Part shown: in pieces, positions 1-14,667 of the stretch
How positions within the stretch are numbered: the first letter of the stretch is position 1
Layout: every line of letters starts with the position of its first letter
Assembly: GCF_009914755.1 (NCBI RefSeq)
Contig: NC_060934.1
Strand: one strand, 5' to 3'
Length of the DNA: 64,000 nt
Source of the DNA: the human T2T-CHM13v2.0 reference genome, Homo sapiens
The notes under the pieces: generated by a model
Database searches by the model: none
What the model was told of the DNA's origin: nothing
The model's input: only the letters and a program-made list of their open reading frames with translations
Program-made: the position numbers and the translations under genes

Positions 1-299
1 AATGTGTATTTTTTTAGCAAAATATAAGCTGCCACTATTGATCCCAGAGGAAGGAACAACCATGAATAAACAAATTACCATAGAAGGGATGGACAAGATA
101 ATGGAAGATCTACAATTAAGAAAGACAGCAGTATAAGATATTGTCACAGCTGAGGAAAGCCCTCTAGCAAGGAGATGCAGGTGTTGGCAGCTGGAAGTCC
201 AGCAGGCATTCACAGAAAAGGTAAGAGTGAGAGGACCTGACAGAACGCTGATAGTATCTGCAACAACTACTAGGGCAAAAATATGTTAATTGCCCTGGT

Positions 300-1100
300 A
301 GGCAAGGAAATGCACATTAAAACAATAGACATCATTGTGCCCCATAATATTGGCAATTACAAGGGGGAATTACAGATGCTTATGGCTGGAGGCCCACAGG
401 AAAAAAAGATTCTCTTATATTTGGTGGTGGAAGTATGAATTGTCACAACCTATTGAGAAACAATCCAATAATATCCATTAAAATTCAAGTTGTGTGTGTG
501 TGTGTGTGTATGTAATTTGTTTTAGCAATTCCAGTTCTAGGGATCCATCCCATGGAAATAAAATAAACACAACAATCTATAGGAATATATGATCAGGGAG
601 ATTTTACAGCAATATTGTAGAGATTTTTAGAAAAGAAAATGCCAATCAATAGGAAAATGGCTGAAAACATATTAATACCTCCATACCATGTACAATTGTT
701 CAGCTATTAAAAATGAGTTATGGCCAGGCATGGTGGCTCATGCCTGTAATCCCAGCACTTTGGGAGGTTGAGGCAGGAAGATAATTAAGGCCAGGAGTTC
801 AAGAGCAGCCCAGGCAACATAGTGAGATCCCACCCCTACTAAGAATTTAAAAAACTTTAAATAAATTTATAAAATAAAATTTTAAAATGAGTTAGATCTA
901 AATAGATCAAATCAGAAGAATTTTTCAATGTATTATTAAGTGAGAAAGCTAAGATATGGAGGAATTTCCATAATATGATTTCATTTTAGTAAAAAAAAAA
1001 GTTAAATCACATTGTGTCTGTGTTTATGCTTGTACAAAAGCATGAAGGAAGGTCCAGAAGGATGCTCAGTAGCTTGGTACACAAGGTACCCTGCTTCTTC
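300..1100 (+). mobile_element. Old L1 (L1M) 3'-end remnant, interrupted by a monomeric Alu
   Basis: Degenerate L1 ORF2-end/3'UTR motifs (aaatgcacattaaaacaat, gcaattccagttctagggat, tatgatttcatttt). Confidence 0.6.
722..883 (+). mobile_element. Monomeric Alu (FLAM-like)
   Basis: Left-arm sequence only, A-rich tail, TSD aaaatgagtta on both sides. Confidence 0.85.
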
Positions 1101-1190
1101 TGGTGGTGGAGAGAGATGGTAGTAATGCCAATGTTTGGGAAGGAAAGAGAGAGAGAGAGAGACCCAAGATTAAAAAATATGTATGGTATC

Positions 1191-1552
1191 TCTGTTAGCC
1201 CATTTTCACATTGCTGTAAAAAAAACTCTCTGAGACTGGGTAATTTATAAAAAAAGAGGTTTAGCTGACTCACAGTTCCATATTGCTGGGGAGGCCTCAG
1301 GAAACACAATCATGGTGGAAGGTGAAGGGGAAGAAAGGCACTTCTTACATGGTAGGAAGAGAGAGAGACTGAGGGGGGAAGTGCCACACTTTTAAACCAT
1401 CAGATCTCGTGAGAACACCTCACTATCACAAGAACAGCACGGGAGAAATCTGCCACCATGATTCAATCACCTCCACCAGGCCCCTCCCCTGACATGTGGG
1501 GATTACAATTCAACATGAGATTTGGGTGGGGATGAAGAGCCAAACAATATCA
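1191..1552 (-). mobile_element. MaLR solo LTR (MSTA-like)
   Basis: ctgagactgggtaatttata...gagatttgggtgggga...atatca; TSD gtatc/atatc. Confidence 0.85.
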
Positions 1553-1972
1553 ATATCTATGCATCATTCTATATGTGTATGGATATAAAGAAATATATGA
1601 AAAGCAGGTCTCCAAAATTAAATAGTGTCATGTGACAAGATATCAGAGATGGTTTTGCCTCTCTGTTTCACATATTTTTGAGTCTTAATTTTAATTAATG
1701 TGTGTTTGTATTAGTCAGGGTTCTCCAAGGAACAGAACCAATGGCAGAGAGAGAGAGAGAATAGATGATTTGATAAACAGAGAGATAAATAGATGATTTA
1801 ATAGATAGTTAGAGAGATAGGAAGATAGAGGATAGACATAGATATAGATAGATGTTTAGATAGATAAATACATAGGAAGATAAATAGATGATAGATAGGG
1901 AGATAGAGAGGAAGACTGATAAATCATAGATGATTTGATGGATGATAGATATATGGATAGGAAGACAGATAG

Positions 1973-4222
1973 TCATATGGTTAGGCTGTATCCCCACTCA
2001 AAATCTCATCTTGAATTGTAATCCCCATGTGTCAAGGATGGACCAAGTGGACGTAATTGGATCATAGAGGTGGTTTCCCCCATGCTGTTCTTGTGATAAT
2101 GAGTGAGTCTCATATGATCTGATGGTTTTATCAGCATCTGGCATTTCCCCTGCTTGTTCTCATTCCGTCCTGCTGCCCTGTGAAGGTGTCTGCTTCTCCT
2201 TTGCCTTCTGCCATGATTGTAAGTCTCCGGAGACCTCCCCAGCCATAATAAACTGTGAATCGATTAAACCTCTTTCCTTTATAAATTACCCATTTCTTCA
2301 TAGCAGTGTAAATTGGTACCGGAAGTGGAGTGCTGCTAGAAAGCTACCTGAAAATGTGGAATAACTTTGGAAATGGGGTAACAGGCAGAGATTGGAACAA
2401 TTTGGAGGGCTCAGAAGAAGAAAGGAAGATGTGGGAAAGTTTGGAACTTCCTAAAGACTTGTTAAATGGTTTTGACCAAAATGCTGATAGTGATGTGAAC
2501 AATGAAGTCCAGGCTGAGGTGGTCTCAGATGAAGATGAGGAACTTGTTGGGAACTGGAATAAAGGTGACCCTCGCTATGCTTTAGCAAAGAGACTGGCAG
2601 CATTTTGCCCCTGCACTAGAGATCTGTGGAACTTTGAACTTGACAGAGATGACTTAGGGTATCTGACAGAAGAAATTCTTAAACAGCAAAGCATTCAAGA
2701 GGTGACAGAACATAAAAGTTTGGAAAATTTGCAGCCTGACAATACAAGAGAAAAGAAAAATCTATTTTCTGGGGAGAAATTCAAGCCAGCTGCAGAAATT
2801 TGCATAAGTAACGAGGGGCCAAATGTTAATCACCAAGCCAATGGGGGAGATGTCTCCAGGGCATAACAGATAACTTCATGGCAGCCCTACCCCCATGACA
2901 GGCCCAGAGGCCTAGGAGGAAAAAATGGTTTTGTGGGGCAGGTCCAGCGCCCTGCGGCTGTTTGCAGCCTTGGGACTTGGTGCCCTGCATCCTAGCTGTG
3001 CCAGCTCCAGCTGTGGCTAAAAGGGGTTAAAGTACAGCTTGGGCTGTTGCTTCAGAGGTTGTGAGCCCCAAATCTTGGCAGCTCCCATGTGGTATTCAGC
3101 CTGTGGGTGCACAGAAGTCAAGAATTGAAATTTGGGAACCTCTGCCTAGATTTCAGAGGATGTATGGAACCTCCTGGATGTCCAGGCAAAAATTTGCTGC
3201 AGGGTCGGAGCCTTCATGGAGAAACTCTGCTAGGGCAGTGCAGAAGGGAAATGTGGGATTTTTGCCCCCACCGAGTCCCCACTGGGCCACCACCTAGTGG
3301 AGCTGTGAGAAGAGAGCCACTGTCCTCCAGACTCCAGAATGGTAGATCCACTGACAGCTTGCAGCATGCACCTAGAAGCCACAGACACTCAATGCCACCT
3401 GTGGAAGCAGCTGAGGTGGGGGACGATACCCTACAAAGCCACAGAAGCAAAGCTGCCCGAGGCCATAGGAGCTCACCTCTTGCATCAGCATGACCTGGAT
3501 GTGAGACATGGAATCAAAGGAAATCATTTTGGAGCTTTAAGATTTAATGATTTCCTTGATGGATTTCAAACTTGCATGGGGCATGTAGCCCTTTTGTTTT
3601 GGCCAATTTCTCCCATTTGGAACAGGAGAATTTACCCAAGTCTTGTGCTCCCATCATATCTAGGAAGTAACTAACTTTCTTTTGATTTTACAGGCCCGTA
3701 GATGGAAAGGACTTACCTTGTCTCAGATGAGACTTTGGACTTGGACTTTCGGGTTAATGCTGGAAAGAGTTAAGATTTCGGGGGACTGTTGAAAAGGTAT
3801 GATTGCATTTTGAAATATGAGGACATGAGATTTGGGAGGGGCCAGAGGCAGAATGATATGGTTTGACTGTGCCCCCCACCCAAAATCTCATCTTGAATTA
3901 TAATCCACATATGTCAAGAGCAAAACCTGGTGGAGGTAATTGGATTATGGGAGCAGTCTTCACCATACCCTTCTAGTGATAAGGAATGAGTCTCATGAGA
4001 TCTGATGGTTTTATAGGCATCTGGCATTTCCCCTGCTTGTACACATTCCATCCTGCTGCCCTGCGAAGAAGGTGCCTGCTTCTCCTTTGCCTTCCATCAT
4101 AATTGTAAGTCTCCTGATGCCTCTCCAGCCATGTGGAACTGTGAATCAATTAAACCTCTTTCCTTTATAAACTAGTCAGTCTCAGGTATTTCTTCATAGC
4201 AGTGTGAGAAACAACTAATAGA
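1973..4222 (+). mobile_element. Full-length THE1 (THE1D-like) MaLR: LTR ~1973-2309, internal region, LTR 3854-4222
   Basis: Two similar direct LTRs, MaLR internal sequence with ORF remnant 2330-2866, purine tract before the 3' LTR, TSD gatag. Confidence 0.92.
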
Positions 4223-4314
4223 GATAGAGAAAGAGAGATGGTAGAGATAAATGGATAGATAGGATGATAGATGATAGAGACAGATAGATGATTTGATAGA
4301 CAGATAAATGAGAT

Positions 4315-4412
4315 AGAAAGAAGAAGGAAGGAAGGAGAGAGACAGAAAGAAAGAAACAGAGAGAAAGAAAGAAAGAGAGAAAGAAAAAGAAAGAAAGAAA
4401 GAAAGAAAAGAA

Positions 4413-4460
<48 letters not shown>

Positions 4461-4490
4461 AAAAGAAAGAAAGAAAGAAAGAAAGAAAAA
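4315..4490 (+). repeat. (GAAA)n / GA-rich microsatellite
   Basis: Long interrupted aaag run. Confidence 0.95.
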
Positions 4491-5663
4491 GATTAATTAT
4501 GAGGGGAATTGCCTCACAAGACTATGGAGGCTGCAAAGTCTCACAATGGGTTATCTGCAAGCTGCAGAGCAAGGGAAACCAATACTGTGGCTCAGCCCCA
4601 GTCTGAAGGCCTGAGATCTGGGGTTGCGGGGGCCACTGGTGCAATCCCAGAGTCTGACAACTGCAGATGCTGGAGTTCTGACATCCAAGGGTTGGAAAAA
4701 ATTGGCATCTCAGCTCCAGGAGTGAGCAAGCAAATTGACCTTTTCTGTTCCTTTTAGTTCTCTCTGGGCCCTCAGTGGATTATAAGGTGCCACCCATGTT
4801 GGTGGGGGCAGATCTTTCTTCCTCAGTTCACTGACTCAAATGTCAGTCTTTTCTGGAAACACCTGAACAGACATACCCAGAAATAATACTTTACCAGCTA
4901 TCTGGGTATCCCTTAGCCCAGTCAAGTTGACACCTAAAATTAACCATCACAGTGTTCTTTTATGACTAAAAAAAAAAAATAAAACTTTTATGAAATAGAA
5001 TAAAAGAAACTTCCAAGCCAGAATTTCTCAAAGAGGACAAATTCTGTGAGATATTTATTGGGGGTGGCTGAATTAAGAACACTGTGATCAAATAAGTTTG
5101 GCAAACATGAAAGTAAATGAAGTTGAATGTTTTCTTTACTTTAGAACTTCCAGGACCTTCTCTGTGTATGTGCATGGTAAGTCCTCCTCAGTATATGCTA
5201 TGGTACAAACTGTTTCTAGATCTTATTTAACCATAGGATGCCCAACACCTGCCCTGTTTGTGAAGTGGAAAGCCGTTTGAGATTCTTGTATTTCTTGGAC
5301 CTTCTCAAGGGAGTGAATAGCCACAGAGAAGCTTTTGGAGCAAGCTAGTAAATGTTTTAGGAAAATTAATATAGAAGTGAGGTGCTAGACAATAATGGTT
5401 TCTTTTCTCAAAGACATAAATCCCAGTGGGGCAGCTGAGTATTTTAAGGCTGAGATCATTAGTGGAATATTTTTTCCTTCACTTTGTCCCTCAGCTGCCC
5501 CCAGTGACTTACGCAACTTCACAACTCTGTAGTTCCCTCATCTACAGCATAGGCAGGGAAGGTAGAAGGGGTCAAGGTAAGCCATTTGCTAGAATACCTG
5601 GTGGGAAAGAGATGTCATGGAATCCCAATGATGAATTTTGCTACAGTTGGTGTAGTAGTCTGA

Positions 5664-6008
<345 letters not shown>

Positions 6009-6188
6009 TTAAGAAAAGAAGTTTAATTGACTCATGGTTCTGCAGGCTGTACAGGAACCATGATGACTTCTGCCTCTGGGGAGGCCTCAGGAAACTTACA
6101 ATCGTGGCGGAAGGTGAAGAGGAAGCAGGCACATCTTATGTGGCCAGAGCAGGACCAGAGAGAAGGGAAAGGGGGAGGGAGGTACACA

Positions 6189-6490
<302 letters not shown>

Positions 6491-6934
6491 GGAGGTACAC
6501 ACTTTTAAACAACCAGATCCTGTGATAACTCACTCACTATTATGAGAGCGGCACCTAGAAGATGGTGCTAGACCATACTTGAAGGATCCACCCCATGATC
6601 CAGGCAGCTCCCACCAGGCCCCACCTCGAACACTGGGGATTATAATCCGACATGAGATTTGGGAGGGGATACAGATCCAAATCATACCAGTTGGTATTGA
6701 AATCAATGGAGCACCACTATGGCAGTCTCAAAGAATGGTCTTAGAATTCATTCATTAATATAAACCATTTCATATTTTTAAATGTGCTAAAGACTGTTAT
6801 ACTTTTACTCCCATCTGCCTCATAGAGAGGCCCAGCTCAAATGTTCCCTTATCTTTGTCTTCTTTCCTAATCTCTGCAAATGAATGAAAACTGATCACTT
6901 TTCTGAACCTTCAAAGACTTTAGCTTTCAGTATC

Positions 6935-7390
6935 AGTTCATGTCATCCAGGAAAGAGATATCAATATAGAATAACACATGCAAGAAATTTATTAGGGGAA
7001 TTGGAATCCCCTGTAGAAGGTAAAGGAGAGGAGGAACAAGAGTCGGCAAAGCTTCCAGACCAGGCTTGCAGTCTGACACCTGTGAAAGAAGAGGGAGGAG
7101 GAGGTGTCAGGAAGAACCTCAGATTCCAGTGCAGCTCTGAGAAAGCCTGGCCAGGATGATGGAGTGCCCTGGAGCAAAGATTGTTAGAGTGCTGCACTGG
7201 AGCAGAATGGTTTGGCTCAGGTGTCCCATCCTTACTGACTGGGAGCAACCCAGAGAGTGTATGGCCCTGGCTGAAGTCTGCAGTGGGTCCTGGAGGTGTG
7301 GCCAGTGGAGCTCTTTAGCTAACTCCACTCCCCACAGCAGGTCTCCTCCCGGAGGATCCGCAGGAAAGTCTGCACAGCACAGCTGAGCTA
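6935..7390. mobile_element. Old ERVL LTR (LTR16/LTR33-like)
   Basis: Degenerate motifs gcaagaaatttattagggga...gtctgacacctgtgaaagaagag; family uncertain. Confidence 0.5.
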
Positions 7391-7564
7391 TCCCCCTCTA
7401 TTTCTCACATGCTGTGGCTCACTTCCAGGCTTTATTAGAATTGCTTCTTACATATTTTATTTCCCTAACTAGTGTGTGGCATTCTTGAGCATAGGATCCA
7501 TGTCTGATTTATTCTTGCAAGTTTGCAAATCTAGGACGTACTTGGAGGGACCTAGAGACTCGTA

Positions 7565-8477
7565 TCTCAGGATCCCAAAATTACTAAGCCATAAGGAAAA
7601 GTCAAGCAGGGAACCGCATCAGGCAAAGCTGCCTCCCATTTGATTCCTAAATAACAAAGCTACAAAGATAAACAAGATACCTCCCTCCCTCACAATTTGC
7701 CCACAAGGAAATTCCTTGTGGACAAGGGACACACAGAACTCAAAGTCATCCCTCTGCTCATGTGAGGCAAATGCATATCTGATAGCTTTCTCTGCCCTTT
7801 TGTTTCACTGAGCCACACTAAGGCTTGAGTGACTATTCCTCTACTGTCATCTCACAGGTAGATTGTGTATTCAGTGAAAGGCTAATCAGAGACTCAAAAG
7901 AATGCAACCGATTTTCTGTTAACTACTTATGACACGGCAGCCCGCTTCCTGGCTTCAAGTTGTCCGACCTTTCCAGAGCGAACCAGTATTCATCTTACAC
8001 ATATTGACTGACGTCTCATGTCTCCATAAAATGTATAAAACCGGCCGGGTGCGGTGGTTTCACGCCTGTAATCCCAACACTTTGGGAGACTGAGGAGGGC
8101 GGATCACGAGGTCAGGAGATCGAGACCATCCTGGCTAACACGGTGAACCTGTGTCTCTACCAAAAATACAAAAAATTAGCCGGGCGTGGTGGCGGGTGTC
8201 TGTAGTCCCAGATACTTGAGAGGCTGAGGCAGGACAATGGCATGAACCCTGGAGTCATAGGTTACAGTGAGCCAAGATTGTGCCACTGCACTCCAGCCTG
8301 GGCGACAGAGCGAGACTGTGTCTCAAAAAAAAAAGTATAAAACCAAGCTGTTCACTGACCACCTTGGGCACATGTTTTCAGGACCTCTTGAGGCTGTGTC
8401 ACGGGCATGTCCTTAACCTTGGCAGAATAAACTTTTTAAATTGATTGAGATATGTCTCAGATACTTTTGGGTTCACA
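7565..8477 (+). mobile_element. MER4-group ERV1 LTR interrupted by an Alu
   Basis: Ends aataaac...ttgattgaga...tctcagatacttttgggttcaca, typical of MER4 LTRs. Confidence 0.8.
8043..8334 (+). mobile_element. Alu (Y/Sc-like)
   Basis: gagatcgagaccatcctggctaacacggtg diagnostic; TSD gtataaaacc. Confidence 0.95.
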
Positions 8478-8804
8478 TAACACAAAACGAATGGTCAGAA
8501 ATGGACTTCCACAGTAATAATTATTTCTTGAATACATCATGGTGTGAAATTGAGGGTTTCCTCGGCTTCCGCAATTAATTGCCCTTAGCATCTTTTGAAT
8601 ACAACAGTCTCCTATCCTGACAGCCTTCTCTTGTTTACTCAGGAGTTCAAGTGTTCACTCGCTTCCTAAATGCTTTTCCTTCCTTGACAGCGACATGAAG
8701 CTAAGTGAGACCAATCATTTGCAGGGGCAGGTACTCACTCCGTAACGCATTTCTCATCCACTCTGTGCAACACTCCACCTGCTACTATGCATGTATGACA
8801 TTAA

Positions 8805-8938
8805 TTGTATACATTTATCATGCACCTTTTATAGGTAAATTTGTACACATTTACCATGCACCTTTTATAGGTAAATTTGTGTACATTTACCATGCACCTT
8901 TTATAGGTAAATTTGTATACATTTACCCTGCACCTTTT
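8805..8938. repeat. 36-bp minisatellite, ~3.7 copies
   Basis: Unit ttgtacacatttaccatgcaccttttataggtaaat. Confidence 0.93.
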
Positions 8939-9956
8939 AAGGATTCAAGCTGTATGTACAGGTGACACAGACTACAAAAGTCATTTGATAAACAGTTCTA
9001 GTTTGAATAAACCAAATTCAAGTTAGTATAATACTAATATGCAAAAAAGAGGCTGCTGCTAGGCATACCAGGTCAAGTCTAAATAATCTCTCTTCTCAAC
9101 AATCTCTTTTTGTAATATTGGGTCAGTATTGTTTGGGTGGAGAGTTACTATTTTTTCTTTTTAAATCAAAATGTAAACGTTGCTCTTTTGAACTACTGGT
9201 TAAGAGCTGCCACCCTGAAGACCTCATGGAAAAAAGATAAATGGGAAGAAGTCATAATTCTTTTTTATAACCTGGTATCACTATTACTCATGCTGATCAA
9301 ATGGCTTCTGGTGGCACTACCATTGCTATTTTGCCAGTAATTCAGAATCAGTTGAAAACACAGAAGGTAGCTTACATTCATTCAAACATACATATGTGCA
9401 TGGAAAGAAAGAAATATTTCCTTTGGATTACTGTATTTCAGAATGCCAAGAACACCATGGGATTAATGTCTAGCCTGAGAATGGAGAGAAGAACTAACTT
9501 TTTATCGAGTGTTATTTTATGTTAAAAGAAGCACTACTTTTTCGTTTTCCCCAGTCACTTGCACCACATTTATGAAATTATGAACCAATAAATATTTTTG
9601 AGTTCCCACTAAATCATTTATAGCACGGAAGACCCACTTCATAAAAGAGATCCAGGCTAGAATTTTTTAAATTGTCTACAATAAAGATCACATGAGCTGA
9701 AATTTATGAATACTGGAGGCTTTACAAGTTGAATCCTGAGCAAGCTGGAAGATCTCCACTATTCCCTGCCACCTAATTTTTTGAGGATGAAAAATTGTCC
9801 CCACACCCAGGAGGTGAGAATTTTATTTCCCTGTAAAACAAAAAGAAGAGGAACATTGACCTGTGAGCAACCCAAAGCACCCTCAGAAAGCTTTGAAAAT
9901 CAAAAGCTGAAAATAACTATCAGCCCAAGTCACCATTTAGCAATCTGGAGAGCTTG

Positions 9957-10265
9957 TTTTTTTTTTTTTTTTCTTTTTTGAGACGCAGTCTTGCTCTGTT
10001 GCCCAGGCTGGAGTGCAGTGGCGCAATCTCGGCTCACTGCAGGCTCCGTCTCCCGGGTTCACGCCATTCTCATGCCTCAGCCTCCTGAGTAGCTGGGACT
10101 ACAGGCGCCCGCCACCATTCCTGGCTAATTTTTTGTATTTTTAGTAGAGACGGGGTTTCACCGTGTTAGCCAGGATGGTATCGATCTCCTGACCTCGTTT
10201 CGTGATCTGCGCGACTCAGCCTCCCAAAGTGCTGAGATTATAGGCGTGAACCACCGCGCCCAGCC
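9957..10265 (-). mobile_element. Alu (Y-like)
   Basis: PolyT + body with ccgtgttagccaggatgg. Confidence 0.95.
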
Positions 10266-11225
10266 GGTTTAACTTTTAATGTGTCCTGTGGTTGCGATCT
10301 AATATTTTGACTCTCTGTAGTTGATAGCTTGTGAATAGCATTCTGTGTATAATGAGAAAGAATCAACCATTAGAGCAGGTGCATTTCTACAGGGCTGTCA
10401 GCATTATGCATTCCACTGTCCCATGCGTGCCAACCGTTCTCACCTCTGTTAAATTGTAGAAAATAGAAGCTTCTATTAAATTGCCATTTCAGCACCTGCA
10501 ATTCTGCTAATCCTTCATTTCAGGAGAAGAGCAAATCTGATTTAGCCACAGTGCAGGTTATTAGATAGTGGTGATTATGAAACTTCGGTTCCCTGATAGC
10601 TACTCTATGCTAAAATAAATAATCCTTTAAGAAAATATGACGATGCCCCTTTTCCTTCCTCTCTCAAATATTAGTTTTGTACCTAGTGAATGAAGTCAAA
10701 TGACATATTTCAGAAAATCTCTTGAAGGCAAGATTGAGCTGAAGACGTGGGTCACCTGAACACTGTGGTTTCACCTCTGGTTCTCGGGTCTGATTGAAAC
10801 GAGTTTTGGAGATTACAGTTCAGTCCCTAGAGGGCCCTACAGGATAGTCAATCCACATCAAAAAGCCATTGCGTGTATGAATTCATGCTGATTTTATGTG
10901 ACAGCCTTTTTCCATTTAGACAGGTTCAAGCACTACAGAGCGGAATCACTCCTCTTCCGGTAAGATTAAAAGCTTACCCATTTTTGCACAGAATCTTTCA
11001 CCAGGAATTGCTCTTACTACTTTTTGTTTTCTCAGAATCATAAAATCTTTATTTTCTGATAGCAGAAAACATTTTGCCATCCATTCACCTTCACTTCTTG
11101 CAGAACAGAAGTGTCATAACTAAGACACCAGCTGGTTCAAGGGGCGTTCCATTATTTTAGTTATGAAGAAGAATTACAAGGCTCTAACTACAACTAATAG
11201 CAGGCCTTAAGATTTTAAAAATGTC

Positions 11226-11505
11226 AGCCGGGTGTGGTGGCTCATACCTGTAATCCCAGCACTTTGTGAGGCTGAGTCAGGCAGATCACTTGAGGCCAGG
11301 AGTTTGAGACCAGCCTGGCCAACATGGTGAAACCCTGTCTCTACTGCAAATACAAAAATTAGCTGGGGGTGGTGGTAAGTGCCTGTAATCCCAGCTACGC
11401 GGGAGGCTGAGGCAGGAGAGGCGGAGGTTGCAGTGAGCCAAGATAGCACCACTGCACTCCAGCCTAGGCAACAGAGTGAGACCCTATCTCAAAGAAAAAA
11501 AAAAA
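11226..11505 (+). mobile_element. Alu with a right-arm deletion
   Basis: Alu body lacking the aatcgcttgaacc segment; A tail. Confidence 0.93.
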
Positions 11506-12114
11506 GTCACCTCCGGAGGAACCATATTATCTACTCAATGGGTCTCTCATTTCTGCCTATCAATGAGTTAAACATTTTTTCCCAGAAGATTCAACTTCTG
11601 GGAAATCCACTGGATTTAGTGGGAAAATAAATTAATAGTAAGGCTTTTAAAATCTTACTTATTTCTCCAGTGTGTATTCATGTTGGATAAATCCTTAAGG
11701 AGAAGACAGGTTAACTGAAAATTTATTAACATTTCTAAAGGAGTTGAGGATTATGATGATCATGGATTATTCATTTACTTAGGAGTTGTATGTATCTGAA
11801 TTCAGATAATAAAATGAGAAGATGGTGATTCAAAGAACTGCGGTGAATGCTTTACAGGAAGCTGAGAGCAAAGCTTAACGATATGGGCTTAGGAGTCACA
11901 CAGACCCGAGTTGAATTCTTGCTGGCTTCTCCTCTTTTTAGCAGCTTTGGATAAATTATTCGCCTTCTCAATGTCTCTGCTTTCTTATTTTTAAGATAGT
12001 GGTTGTAGAATATCTCCTTACGGTGTCTGCTTAGACCTCATAGTATCCTTCTTCTAAGTAAGTCCCCTCCTCCTATGTTCCTGCTCAGACTGGAGTGTTG
12101 GCAACCACGTGAGT

Positions 12115-13105
12115 TTTTTTCCCCCAGCTTTAATGAGACAAATAAAACTTTGTTGATTGACAAATAAAAATTGTGACCAGGTGCAGTGGCTCATGCCTAT
12201 AATCCTAGCACTATGAGAGGCCAAGGTGGGCAGATTGCTTGAGCCCAGAAGTTCAAGACCAGCCTAGGCAGTATAGTGAAATGCTGTCTCTATTGAAAAA
12301 AAAAATACAAAAAATTAGCCAGGTGTGGTGGCATCAACTGTAGTCCCAACTACTTGTGAGGCTGAGGTAGGAGGATCACTTGAGCCTGGAGAAGTGGAGG
12401 CTGCAGTGAGCCATGATAGCACCACTGTACTCCAGCCTGGGCAACAGAGCAAGACCCTTTCTTCAAAAAAATTGCAAATACTTAAAGAGTACAATATGAT
12501 GTTTTGCATAAGTTTATTTTGTGAATTGATTGCCACAATCAAGCCAGTTAATATATGTTAATATATTAAAATATGCTGTGTGTTTCTATGAGGGCTGAAT
12601 TAACGTATCCATTGCCTCACAGTTATTATTTCTGTGTGCGTGTATGTGTGTGTATGTGTTGAGAACACTTAAGATCTCCTCTCAGCAAATTTCAAGTGTA
12701 CAATATGTAATTATTAAGTGTAGTCACCATGCTGTACATCACGTCTCCAGAACTTATTTATCTCATCTATAACTGAAAGTTTGTACCATTTGATTGACAT
12801 GTCCCCGTTCCCCCACCTCTCCTTCTACTCCCAGCCCCTGGCAACCATCACTCTACCCTCTGCTTCTGTGAGTTTGACTCTTTTAGTTTCCACGATAAAT
12901 GAGATTCATGCAATGTTTGTCTTTCTGTGTCTGTCTTGTTTCACTTAACATAATGTCCTCCAAGTTTATTCAAGTTGTTGCAAATGGCAGGATTTCCTTC
13001 TTTTTTAAGCCTGCATAATATTCCATTGTGTGTGTATGTATATTTCACATTGTATCCATTCATCCATTCACCACTTCGGTTGTTTCCATATGTTGGCTAT
13101 TGTGA
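12115..13105 (-). mobile_element. L1MA/MB 3' end interrupted by an Alu
   Basis: cttaagatctcctctcagcaaatttcaagtgtacaat...gtcaccatgctgtaca L1M 3'UTR motifs. Confidence 0.85.
12175..12470 (+). mobile_element. Alu (J-like)
   Basis: Dimeric Alu with gaggatcacttgagcct. Confidence 0.93.
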
Positions 13106-13631
13106 CTCATTTAGCAGCCATGTTTGTTACTGCATGACTATTATCTGGAGTGGATGTGATGTGTGACCCAGACCGAACCATTAGCTTTCCTCTCCAGGGA
13201 AGTTGTAGTTGACATGAAATAGCTGTCACTGAATCTCTGTTTGTGACTGGCACCAGAGAATGGTGGGGTAGCAGGTGTGAGAAAAAGCCAAGAAAGTCAG
13301 ACAGCAGAGAACTAGAAGCCATATGTGGAAATCAAGGTCAATGTGGTTCCAGACATAGGGAGCATGACTGAAGAGGGGACTGTCTTGGTATCCCATGGCC
13401 TTTCGTTTCTTGGCTTAAGTCACACAAGAGGCCAAACTGCTCTTGACTGAGGCAGTATATTTTAGTCAATTTCCTATTTTTTTAAGATATTTTAAAGTGA
13501 ATTTCCTATTAGTAGAAAATAAAATACTCACACCCACTACAAGGCTAATAGTACCTAAATATGAGGGCAACTGTGAAAGTTAGAGGATATGTGTAAAATG
13601 CCAGCAAGTACATTCAATAAATAGTAGCTAC

Positions 13632-13930
13632 TTTTTTATTTATTTAGAGACAGGGTCTTGCTCTGTCACCCAGGCTGGAGTGCAGGGGCGGTGAGATCAC
13701 GCTCGCTGCAGCCTCGACTTTCTGGGCTCGAGCGATCCTCCCACCTCAGCCTTCTAAGTAGCTGGGACTACAGGCACATACCACCACGTCTGGTTAATTT
13801 TTGTATTTTTGGTAGAGACGGGGTCTTGCTATGTTGCCCAGGCTGGTCTTAAGTTCCTGAGCTCAAGCAATCTGCTGGCCTCGGCCTCCCAGAGTGTTGG
13901 GTTTACAGGGGGGAGCCACCGCACCAGGCT
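13632..13930 (-). mobile_element. Alu (J-like)
   Basis: Antisense Alu; TSD tagcta. Confidence 0.93.
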
Positions 13931-14262
13931 GGTAGCTATGGTTATGTCATTTTTCCTATAAGTAAACTGTGAATATACTTGCAGTAAAGATCATTATTGG
14001 AGAGATTTTAAAGTAAGTGCAGATAACAGGGAAACCGTAAATTGGTAGAAAATCTCATTGTTATAATTTATGCTAACGTGCTTTCCTAGAAACCCAAATA
14101 TAAAGTTTCTGTCATCTGTGTTTCCCAGTGGCACTGCCAAGGAGTCACAGAGCTCTAATTTAGATGTATGTGTGTGTGTGTTGTTGTGTACTTGTGTGTG
14201 AATATGTATGTGCTGTGTATGTGTTTTATAGATGAAGATAATGCATTTTCATCTCTTATTGA

Positions 14263-14667
<405 letters not shown>

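Larger units (their letters stand above)
1707..4951. mobile_element. MLT2-type ERVL LTR split by a THE1 element and GATA/GAAA repeats
   Basis: Begins tgtattagtcagggttctcc, ends agtcaagttgacacctaaaattaaccatcaca; 5-bp TSD gtgtt (1702-1706, 4952-4956). Confidence 0.85.

Noticed and set aside
2330-2866. 178-aa ORF as a novel gene
   Set aside because: Lies within the THE1 internal region; a typical MaLR ORF remnant.
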